NCBI RefSeq assembly: GCF_964204645.1 | Contig: NC_134025.1 | Span: 26,640,299-26,704,298, forward strand | From: Tubulanus polymorphus | Lineage: Eukaryota; Animalia; Nemertea | Length of the DNA: 64,000 bases | Reading direction: 5' to 3' | Shown: positions 53,185 to 64,000 of the stretch, piece by piece | Position numbering within the stretch: the stretch's first letter is position 1 | Layout of the letters: the number at the start of each line of letters is the position of its first letter | The notes under the pieces: generated by a model | The model's input: the letters and a program-made list of their open reading frames with translations, nothing else | Databases searched by the model: none | Told to the model about the DNA's origin: nothing | Made by a program: the position numbers and the translations under genes

Positions 53185-53386
53185 GATTGAAACCTTTAAT
53201 GTGCGAATCTTAAGAAAAAAATTTCCTTCAAGCACTGGACATACGCAGCGTGAAAGCGGGAATGTGGCATTACAAACTTTCCACAAAAAAATGGGGTTAA
53301 TTTCCGTAATTTGCAAACAAGTTATTAGGCCTATATAGTTGCGTCATTTTATGATCAGCGACACAGTTTGTATATTAGGTATCATC

Positions 53387-53622
53387 TACGAGCAATCATC
53401 TCAAAGTTGAGATGATTGCTCGTATCAGCCAGTACTGTTTATAGTAATACCGATTGGATACCTTGGTTGTTCTGATATTTTGCTATTCCCAAACTGTGCA
53501 AATCCCGTAAAATACGATCTTATACTTTATCCGCAACTGCGTTTGATTAAATCGGGGGTTGATTGAAAATATGTACTTAAATACACCTACGAGCAATCTG
53601 AATTCAGATAATTGCTCGTAGG
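53387..53622. repeat. Two related short palindromes
   Basis: 53387-53424 is a perfect 18-bp stem TACGAGCAATCATCTCAA-ag-TTGAGATGATTGCTCGTA; 53586-53622 shares the TACGAGCAAT/ATTGCTCGTA ends. Confidence 0.7.
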
Positions 53623-53847
53623 ATACACGGTGATATGTTTATGTGGCAACTTTCATCACTTAGACTGGAGAGTTACGCGTCGATTCGGACCTGACGATCA
53701 CGACACATTCGATTTCAGTTATTCGTTTTTCATATCCTCCAGTAACGACTTTTTCTTGGATCTACGACATATTAACATCCCGTAAAACGTTGGGTTGTTG
53801 CATGGCCGAAATGATGTAATGAGTTGATTATGATATATTCTATAAAA

Positions 53848-54020
53848 TTAAAACCCACTTCATACAAAATTTAAAGATTAAAAGCAAATTCTATTCATCA
53901 AAATATAAAATCAAAAGATAGGACGGTGATCTCAGGGTTCGAATTATTGTGTCTTTTGATTTTAATTTTTGATAAATGAAATCTTATAATCTTTTAAATT
54001 TTGTATATAGTGGGTTTTAA
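53848..54020. mobile_element. Old AT-rich hairpin-type MITE
   Basis: Degenerate inverted arms TTAAAACCCACT..TACAAAATTTAAA..AAAATCAAAAGA / TCTTTTGATTTT..TTTAAATTTTGTA..AGTGGGTTTTAA. Confidence 0.6.
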
Positions 54021-54167
54021 ACTTATTCTCCACGCAGAATGTTGCTCAGTAAATGCAATTTAAAGTTCGCTATGTGTTTTAATAATGGCATATGCTATAT
54101 TATTTTTGAATATATGTACATTTCTTAAAATTCTGTTTTGAATTGGCAAAATTACAAAAGAGAACAA

Positions 54168-54647
54168 TTAAGCATTCCACGAGAAATAAACTGGTAGTGC
54201 TCCAGCGGATAGACAACTGACACGTGGATGAGCGGCGGGAAATCTTGGCCAAGGTAGAACGGCTGTGATAGCGCTGCTGGTCTGTCTGTTGCATCCAACA
54301 GGATACATACGTCTCATCCGATTAAAACATCGTCTCGAATTTTTGGCACCACACGCGAGGACTTTACAGCAAATGACAGTGTTCGGGCTTGCTGTGGTGA
54401 TCGTATATGTAATCATATTGCCACGACCTCGACGAGGGGACATGTGCTGACAGTCTGGTCCGTAGCGGATGATGGTGGCTTGACAATTCTTCATCTGTAA
54501 ATAATGACATACTATCGGCATCGAGTCAACCAGTAACTGATAGTTAACATTTACTGAATTCCTAACGATTGTATGACTTACTTGAGCTAAGCAATGGGAC
54601 AGCCTCCCTGCCATGATCATTAAAACAAAAATACCAGTTGTTCGCAT
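54168..54647 (-). CDS. Small secreted 8-cysteine cationic protein, paralog B
   Basis: Exon 1 54582-54647 signal peptide MRTTGIFVLMIMAGRLSHCLAQ; 87-nt phase-0 intron; exon 2 54168-54494. Shares YGP.C, TVICCKVLACG, GC, WP..PA..P..SC...G..PV.F.W and intron position with paralog A. Confidence 0.82.
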   Translation of the reverse strand: MRTTGIFVLMIMAGRLSHCLAQVSHTIVRNSVNVNYQLLVDSMPIVCHYLQMKNCQATIIRYGPDCQHMSPRRGRGNMITYTITTASPNTVICCKVLACGAKNSRRCFNRMRRMYPVGCNRQTSSAITAVLPWPRFPAAHPRVSCLSAGALPVYFSWNA

Positions 54648-55702
54648 GATGAAAGTTAGCGCGCCCGAACTCCAGCGCTTGCAACTTCAAATACAGATGG
54701 AAATCTCTATTTCCCACAGCAAATGATTTTGAGACTAAATCTAAGGCAGATATTTATGTTGATATGAATAACAAACAAACATTGGTTGGACAAACACTTG
54801 TTTTATTTACACAGTCAACATCTTGGAAACAAGAGAATAAGTGTTGCAAATTTCTGTAGGTCAGATAAATATGACATTAACGAGCCATAAAATGATAGTA
54901 AGATGAAAATAACCCAGCCCTTATATCATGTCTAATGAAAAATATTCTGGAAAAATATTTCACCAATCAGCGAATTTCACTTGAAGACCCATTAACGCGA
55001 ATAGAAAAAGGCTTCGCTTGGCTAATTGTTAGTTTAAAGGGTAACCGACACTACACGGTAGGTTCTCACAATTTACTTTTTCTATTCAACCATTCTGCAA
55101 GAACGGTCACTGATTTCATATATAAAACACCGGTTGCTAAATTTAAGTCAATAACAAGTATGTATAATACATTATAGGTAAATAAAGGATCTGTTTGTAA
55201 AATGATTATTGGTGTAAATCAAATGAGAAAGCTAGAACATTTCGTATTTGAGTGTCATAAACTTATGTGTCATTTTTGGAAGTGCAAACACTGAGATCGA
55301 TGTTATCTCTTCTCTTTGATCCTATACGTTGAATGTTGATGATATATATGTCATCGCCCAGGAGCTGTGCGAAAAACTTTCCAAAATTGAATATGAGTGT
55401 TAAAAATAATCTATACAAACTACACAACGAGTTTAATTCACACACGAGGAATATGTACATAATATTCGTAAAAAGTGCGTTAAGAAGACATTATCAATGT
55501 TTGAATGAAACCACAGGTATATATAGAAATCGGATATATACGTCTAGCTGGATCAAATGAATTATGTAACGGTCTTTTGCAATGAATAAACCAACTTAGA
55601 ATGCCACCACTATTACACAGTTATATGCACAGAAATTCACTATTACGAATATGCTTGAAAAGAAGAAATCTATCTAGATAGATCGAAGATTGATTAGACG
55701 TT

Positions 55703-56231
<529 letters not shown>

Positions 56232-56739
56232 TATTTCGTTTAGAACAGTCTATTTATTATATCCCCGCTGTACAAAGGGATTTCAAGATGAAGTTCCGAT
56301 TCTCTTTTCTCACTCGAGTAATTTGAATAGAACTGAAGGCGTAATACGATACTTGAATAAATCCCGAAGTATCGTTATTCGTTGGCTGACTGACAGTAGA
56401 GACACTTGTTGTTACTAATGGTCACTGTCGTATAGTCATTATTCGTTGAGCAGTAACGGTAACCAAGGGACCATTTGAAGTGTTTCACGCGCGCCTCAAC
56501 GCTTTTCGATAACGACGTATTGTATATTAAAACCAACGATTAATATTTCCTTAATTTAGTATGTTGTATGTCGGGGGTATGCGTGAACATTTAATTAATA
56601 ACTAGCTGAAATGGGGCATCGCAGCATGGATAGTACGGCACCCGTGGAGCGAACTTAAAATTTCATTTCATTGCCATCCGGAACTCGTTCTGCAAATAAA
56701 TCCGCCCAACCATGCGCCCATAAATGATTTTTAGTGTCT

Positions 56740-57190
56740 TTAGGGGTTTGTTTGTTTCCCGTAGAAGCAAACTCTCGGCCCCTGGCCGGTTCTCCGGGTC
56801 CCCGACTGAGTGGCTCCACGTCGAATGCGGGGTCTCTACGCGGGTACCAGCCAGTTTTTCGGCCCACCAGATTAAGACAGTTCTCTTATGGGCTGCTGTT
56901 GCGGATGAGTAGAGGGTCCAAGGCGGCCACAGCAGGTGTCGGCCGCCGCCGGCCGTGACGGGCGGTTATCGCCCGGCCGCCGCCCCGGGGGCCGTGCTGG
57001 AAGGGGTCACATTGCACGACCTTTCGCGGGCCCCAAGCAACGTAAAAAAATCCAAGCCCGCGCATGCACCAGCCGTGGCTAATTACTTGTTGAGTCCATC
57101 CAATTACAGTTTCGTACCACCGTCGCTGCCGCCGGCGGGGGTGATTCATGGTGCTGTGCCCGGTGTCTCGCCCATTACCAGTGAAATTGT
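56740..57190. other. GC-rich, stem-rich island; candidate structured ncRNA of unknown family and strand
   Basis: 264/420 G+C counted over 56761-57180 against an AT-rich background; many nested complementary segments; no convincing long ORF. Confidence 0.45.
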
Positions 57191-57611
57191 GCCAGCTAAA
57201 AGTCCGATTCCGGGTTGTAATGCTTACTTAAAATGGCAGCCTCCATGGATTTTTAGATTTCGAAATTTGTATTGTACTGAAATTTTGGTTTATTTCATAA
57301 ATGACATTCAACGTAAGTAGGCTATATCTAAACTAGGGTATTTTAAGTTTTGGTTCTACATGATTGTTCATATAACTAGGAACAGAAATGTCGATTCACG
57401 TATCCTACATGCCGATTTGTTTGTCAACTCGTCAATAAAAAAGAATTGGATTGAATAGGTGTCGGCAGTTGCTTACAATATCTACGGCACTTACTTATTC
57501 ATTGAATTTTTGTTTTGTTTATGAATTTTACTTTATAAAATCAACCAGCGCTAAAACCTTATATTTCATCGAATTTCTTTTATTTCAGAATTTAGTTTGC
57601 TATAGTCTACC

Positions 57612-60600
57612 ATGAATTCAGTGAAACGAAGAGGTGGTAAACCGAACCGTGGGGGTGGTCGTGGTACGGTAGGGGGAGGGGCTAATAGAGGAAGAGGTAA
57701 TGGTTCCGCAGGAAGAGGAAATAGAGGAGGAGGAAATAGAGGAGGAGGACGAGGTTCAGCCACAGGCATCGGCAGCAAAGGATTCGGAGGCAGCAGAAAA
57801 CAAAACTATGATCTGTTACCTGATGATGACATACCTTTAATGAAAAGCAACAAATCATATGACGAACCACCACAGAGGTAATGGTTCAGTTTTCATCTGC
57901 ATGAGTAATGATTCTGATCTGATGAAAGTGGACTTCCATTTTATTAATGAAGCCTTTTTTCAAAATTCTTACAGGATCATTCGTAAACCGCCGAGTAAGG
58001 TCGCAATGCAAACATTACACATGTCTCAAGAAAATCAAGATATGGTTTATCAGATGCTTGTAGATGTCCATCGACATGACAGTGATGCAGATAGAGGCTT
58101 TGGGTAAGGGTTAATGGTTAGGCTAGATTCCTTGTTTCTGACTCTCTGTCATTCTGAATATGTTTTTATAAATACTTCAGGGCTACAGTCAACGTTTTGG
58201 ATCATCGAGATGTATCTCATTATTGGACAAAAGACAACAAATTACAAATAGAAGGTTCTCAATCTCACGGTATAGTAGTTGGTGCTACATTGGGTGACCT
58301 AGCTAATGAAGATCTACTCGGCATTCCATTGAAAAAACTACAAAGGTAAAAAATTTTGAAATACCATAAATTTCTCATGCTGGTATTCATACTTCCTGTA
58401 TGTTCTCATGAATACCCGTGTGATTAATTTCTTTTGAGGTATGGGTTTGATAAGCAAAGATGTTTAGATGCCCTTAATGAAAATGACAAGGATGTCGGAG
58501 CTGCCTTGGAATCCCTTATTTCGATTTCTTGTGATGTGTCTCTTACACCAGTGGACTGTGAAGCCACATATGAAGAAGTAACAGAGCAGCGTCAGGAAGA
58601 AATGCTAGCTTTATCATCAATTTACGGAGAATCATTCGAGGAAAGACTTCCGAACCGTGTATGGTCTATAAAAATAGATTTACCTTCGCTGAATGACCTA
58701 CTACAAAGGAAACAGCAACCGTCGGCAAGGACTATCACTGCTCAAACCGAATCAACGGTTAATGAATCATGCCGATTCTTTCTAAAAGGATCTTGTCGTT
58801 ACGGTCGTAGGTGCCGATATAAGCATGTATTAGAAGTTGAAACTGCTTATTCAGGAAAAACTGACACAACAATTGATTGTCCAGATGAAAATAATTGCGC
58901 TTATATTTACGAGTTAGAAATACGTTTTCCTAAAGACAATAAGTATCCGTATCAGTGTCCGATAGTTGCATTTTCATCAACTAATGATGCACTTCCTAGA
59001 TACTGCTGTTTGAATATGACCATGAGGTTGATTGAGGAGGCAAAATCTTGTCTTTCTGATAATGCAATGCCAATAGTGTTTACTCTAGTCAGTATTTTAG
59101 ACGATGAAAATGAGTGGGTGAATATACTATCAAAACCTGAACATTTATACAGCTTAACAGAACCGATCATATCGAGGATAAATCACGCCAAAAAACTACA
59201 ATATAATGATCATGAAATGGAGGACAGCGATCGCGTTGACGCTTCAAACAATGGAAATGTATCAGAGGAAGAAGAAAATGTTACAAAACAATCTATGAAA
59301 TCTGTAGAAAAGCCAATTAGAAGAGCTAATAGAGGAAATGAAACTAATATGAAATTGGATTCGTTCAAAGATGATCTCCGTATCAGAGACAAATTCAAGG
59401 CTATGGTAAATGGAAATAGACAGAAACTGATAAAGCATATATTTAGATAGTACATGTATTTCATAATGTCCTCTATTGTAGGTAAAACGTGATAGCTATC
59501 AGAAAATCTTGACTCAAAGAAAGAAACTTCCTGCCTGGGATATGCAGAATACTGTTATAGATGTAATTGCAAATAATCAAGTGACAGTTATTAGTGGAAT
59601 GACTGGGTAAGTTTAGAATATCTAGTTGAAATTTAGATCGGGTACTCGTACATAGCCTTCTATCTGTTATGCGTACATTTTATTTTCAGCTGTGGTAAAA
59701 CGACGCAAGTTCCTCAGTTTATTCTCGATTCATTTATTGGTAAAAAACAGGGGAAAATTTGTAACATCATTGTGACACAGCCGAGACGTATTTCTGCAAT
59801 GGCCGTAGCCGAAAGGGTATCGGAGGAACGTTGTGATAAAATCGGTGGTATTGTAGGATATCAGATCAGATTAGAAAACAGACAGGTGAATTGATAAATT
59901 TACTAAGGTTTATCGGGGAACTTGTCAAGTATCAGTATTTGCTAGCTCCCAGTATTGATTCCGGGTTCATGTGTTCCATGTTCCCTGCGTCATGTGCGTT
60001 GGTCTTTATGATGTGTAATGAGTATTAACGGTATCATACTTGTTATTATATTAAAGTCTCGGCTAACTCGCCTGTTGTTCTGTACAACGGGAATCTTATT
60101 GCGTCGATTAGAAGTAGACATGGATCTAGAAGGAGTCACTCACATCATCATCGATGAAGTTCACGAAAGAAGTGAAGACAGGTAAAATACATTCAGCTGT
60201 TAGTACCGGTGATACTGATTCATATGTCTGCAGTCTGATACATCGTATTTGCAGTGATTTTCTCATGATGGTAATGCGTGATCTGTTGAATATAAGACCT
60301 GATATTAAACTGATCTTGATGAGTGCAACCCTAAATGCTGATCTATTCTCTCAGTATTTCGGGGATTGTCCTGCTGTTGATATTCCTGGTAAGTTTGGTA
60401 GTTTTGATTCAGAATTTCGGCATTGACATGTTTCAGAACTTGCCGATAATGATTCAAATTCTTCTGTAGGGAAAACATTCCCGGTTGACAAGATTTTCCT
60501 TGAAGAGGCAATTGAAATGACTGGGTGAGTATTTCTTACTTTGTTAGGAATGCCATGATAAGCTATTGTAGCTCTAGATTGAGGAAATTCCTTCCAGGTA

Positions 60601-63600
60601 TGTATTAGATGAAGGATCTCCTTTCTGTCGACCTGCCAAAATAGCTAATGCTATTCGTGAAGAAATAGAAGATATGATGGATGGAATGACTATAACTTCT
60701 GCTGGTAAACCAGCGAAGGATAATATCCGTGATGAGAATCTCAGCGTCAAACAGATGTTTATACGATATTCAGGTATTTTGCCTAAAAGATCATGACTTT
60801 CATCATTTAAAACAGACATATAGATCAAATAGCTTATGAATGGAAATTTTTTCTTGGTCATTACTTGTAGACTGTATGAAAAAAACTATTAAATACCTGT
60901 CATTGATGGACCATGAAAAAATAAACTATGAATTGATAGAAGCTATTCTTGTATGGATTAGTACAGAAGGAAAAAGTCAGGTACCACAAATTGCATATCT
61001 ATTAGAAATATATCTAGAGGTCCCACAGTTATGCACAGTTATACAATTATGCATATTTATTCCTATTGCAGTATTCAGATGGAGCAGTTCTTATATTTTT
61101 GCCTGGTTATGCGGAAATTACTACACTCTATGAACAACTAATGGCTAGCTCATCATTCGGTGGACAGCAAAAACACAAATATCGTATAATACCCCTTCAT
61201 TCAACGTTATCAATGGAAGAACAGCATGCTGTATTCAGGTAGAGATCATTGTACTAATTTTTACTGCATGAAATAGGAAAAAAAGGATAAAACTTCTCAT
61301 CATATAAAGGGATCTTTTACAGTCGTCCACGTGAAGGGGTAACAAAAATTGTGATAGCTACAAATATAGCCGAAACATCGATTACTATTGATGATGTTGT
61401 GTTCGTTATTGATTGTGGAAAGATGAAAGAAAAAAGGTATATTATTAGGTGTAAAATCTTATCAGAAATTGAGCAATTTTACCAGCGTCTCGCGAATCTT
61501 CTTGTAGATTTGACCACAGTAAGAGTATGGAGAGTCTGGATACAGTTTGGGTATCTAGGGCTAATGCTGTTCAGAGAAGTGGTAGGGCAGGTCGAGTGGC
61601 TGCCGGTGTTTCGTTCCACCTGTTCACAAAGCATAGATTTCAGCATAATATTAGAGATCAACCAATTCCTGGTATGTCAATTCTATTTGGAATCTATTAT
61701 CTAGAGCTGAAATCTATAGATTTAAGTGTTTTTTTATTTCAGAAATCCAGCGTGCATCATTAGAACAGTTGATCCTTAAGATTAAGATACTTGAACATTT
61801 CAAGGGAAAGAATGTTAAGGTAAAAATCTAATTTCAACATTTTGATGTGCGCCAATAGGATAGAATGAATAAAGACACTTCAAAAGTTTGAATTCATCCT
61901 TTTACCATATAGAAAGTGCTGAAGGATCTATTGGAGCCACCCGATTCGGAGAGTGTACTTAGTTCTATAAAAAGACTACAAGATCTTGGAGCTTTGCATT
62001 TGAATGAGGTATACTGGTATTTGTATGCAACTGTTATATCTTGATAAAACGTTTCTGTTACTAAAAAACCTGGTATATTTTCAGGAGTTGACGCCATTGG
62101 GTTACCATCTGGCTTTCCTTCCCGTTGATGTCAGGTATTGTGAAATATAAATAACTGATGAAAATCGTTAAGACTACTGTTATTGTATGTAAATGAATTC
62201 TCATACGGACCAGTATTTATTTGAAGGATTGGAAAACTGATGTTATTTGGTGCAATTTTCCGGTGTCTTGACCCAGCCCTGACCATTGCTGCTTGTCTTA
62301 GTTTTAAGTCTCCTTTTGTAAGTACTATGGTGTTATGATAATGTATCTCGCTATAAGCTTAGGGTTGAGTGGTTGCTCATTTTGTTTTAACGACTTCGTA
62401 TCCTCTCGGAAATTCAGGTGGCTCCTTTCGATAAACGAGATGACGCCGACAAGAAGAAATTAGAGTTTGCTACTGGGAACAGTGACCACTTGACTGTACT
62501 GAAGGCTTATAAAGGTTGGACCTCTGCCTGTAAAACTGGACATCAATATGCATATCGTTATTGCCAGGATAATTATCTATCGATAAAAACTATGCAGGTT
62601 TGAATATTTAGAAGTATTTTACATGTGTTTTTTGACATTTTTCACTCGAATGATGTATCTCTCAATAATACACAGATGCTGGCCAGTTTGAAGCGTCAGT
62701 TTGTTGAACTGTTATCGGATATTGGATTTGTAATTGAGAATATAACAGCTAGAGATATTGAGAGAAGGGTGCGAGATCGCAGTGATGGGGTATCGGAAGC
62801 TACTGGAGAGCAGGTAGGCAGTCTTATCTTATTAAGAGCTGGATTTTGATATGTTACATTCATGTACTATTTCTATATACCGGTATATTTCTTTATATCT
62901 AGTATAATATCAACAGTGAGAACATTCGCCTCGTATCTGCAATGTTATGTGCTGCTCTTTATCCAAATGTGGTACAGATAATGACGCCTGAAGTAAGATA
63001 TAAAGACAGTAGCGCAGGTGAGTTGGGCTGAATTTTATTTAGTCATCATTAAGATAACAAGCTTCCATGTGTATAGTGACGCATGTTTTTAACTTTAGGA
63101 GCGGTTGTGAAGCCACCAAAACCTGATGAATTGAAACTAAAAACTAAGGCTGATGGTTATGTAAGTCAAACACTGCTAGATAAAATGTCTTATATTAGGT
63201 ACCAACATAGAGAGGATATGGCATACATATAGGTGCTGGTAATTTGATTTTTTAGGTGAACATACATCCAAGTTCTATCAATTTTCAAGTGAACTATTAT
63301 GAAAGCCCATACCTGGTTTACCATGAGAAAGTGAAAACTTCAAAGGTGATTGGAATATGAAAGAATCTTTTCTCAATTTCATAGCCAAGATGAAAGAAAT
63401 GCTTCTTAAGATACAAATACCGGTTATTTTTCAGGTGTACCTGCGAGATTGTTCAATGGCATCACCATATTCTCTGATTCTATTTGGTGGATCAGTTTCA
63501 ATAGACCTGTACAATTCTAGGTTTATCCTCTCTTTGGATGATGGCTGGATCAGATTTCTAGCTTCCTCTCACAAGGTAACTAAAATTTTTGACACTTTAT

Positions 63601-63801
63601 CTATATTCATATATTCATAAAATGAGCATTCAAAATTTTTTATCTCATTTAAAGGTAGCTGAACTCGTCCGAGAAATGCGTCAAGAATTGGATGAGCTGC
63701 TGGCAGAGAAGATTAATCAACCAGATATGGATCTATGTAACTGTCCAAGAGGAAGCCGCATTATAGATACCATAGTTCATCTTATAACTACTCAGCACTG
63801 A
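57612..63801 (+). CDS. DHX57: DEAH-box RNA helicase DHX57
   Basis: N-terminal RGG tract, UBA-like segment, CCCH finger ([19 protein letters not shown]) inside [46 protein letters not shown]2/OB; ends IVHLITTQH*. Confidence 0.95.
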
Positions 63802-64000
63802 TGAATTCTCCGCAATAGTACTTAATAATAGTTTCATTGCTCAATGTGAGATATCTTTCATTAGAATGGTGCTATGTGAATAGGAGTTATAGATCTATAT
63901 AGTTATGAATAAATTATGAAGATGGTTTACTTTATATGATGACTTTGTTTTCCTTTGTAAATCAGACTAGTAGATCCTGCTTCCGTGCCTAGATGAATTT

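Noticed and set aside
54935-55560. Short AT-rich ORFs here and in long dynein introns; antisense ORFs over exons
   Set aside because: No coding signature, splice context or recognisable motifs.
56740-57190. Firm assignment of the GC island as telomerase RNA, 7SK, SRP, RNase P/MRP, U11 or a ribozyme
   Set aside because: Only partial matches (P6.1-like loop, GAACCGGCC, TGAGTGGC, CTCCACGT); lacks template, GATC repeats, SRP helix 8, P4 pseudoknot strands and ribozyme cores.

Overview
Eukaryotic, AT-rich, gene-dense invertebrate animal DNA with very short (~80-100 nt) spliceosomal introns; a spiralian/lophotrochozoan origin is an inference. Protein genes in order: 3' part of an uncharacterised Pro-rich/EF-hand-like gene (+), EEF1AKMT1 (-), a MATCAP/KIAA0895-like tubulin carboxypeptidase (+, with a U12-type intron), COQ3 (-), a 28-kb outer-arm dynein heavy chain of DNAH5/8 type (-), RPL13A (-), TIMM13 (+), ISCU (-), parkin (+), two tandem secreted 8-Cys cationic peptide genes (-), a small probably ciliary gene (-) and DHX57 (+). 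Non-coding highlights: (1) a 1.1-kb foldback element with a 6-bp TSD built from ~22 palindromic E2F-like sites; (2) a single RPL13A intron holding six SNORD33-like copies in tandem plus a decayed copy and other snoRNA candidates; (3) an unexplained ~450-bp, 63% GC, highly structured island between two divergent promoters upstream of DHX57. All coordinates were read by eye and no database searches were run.
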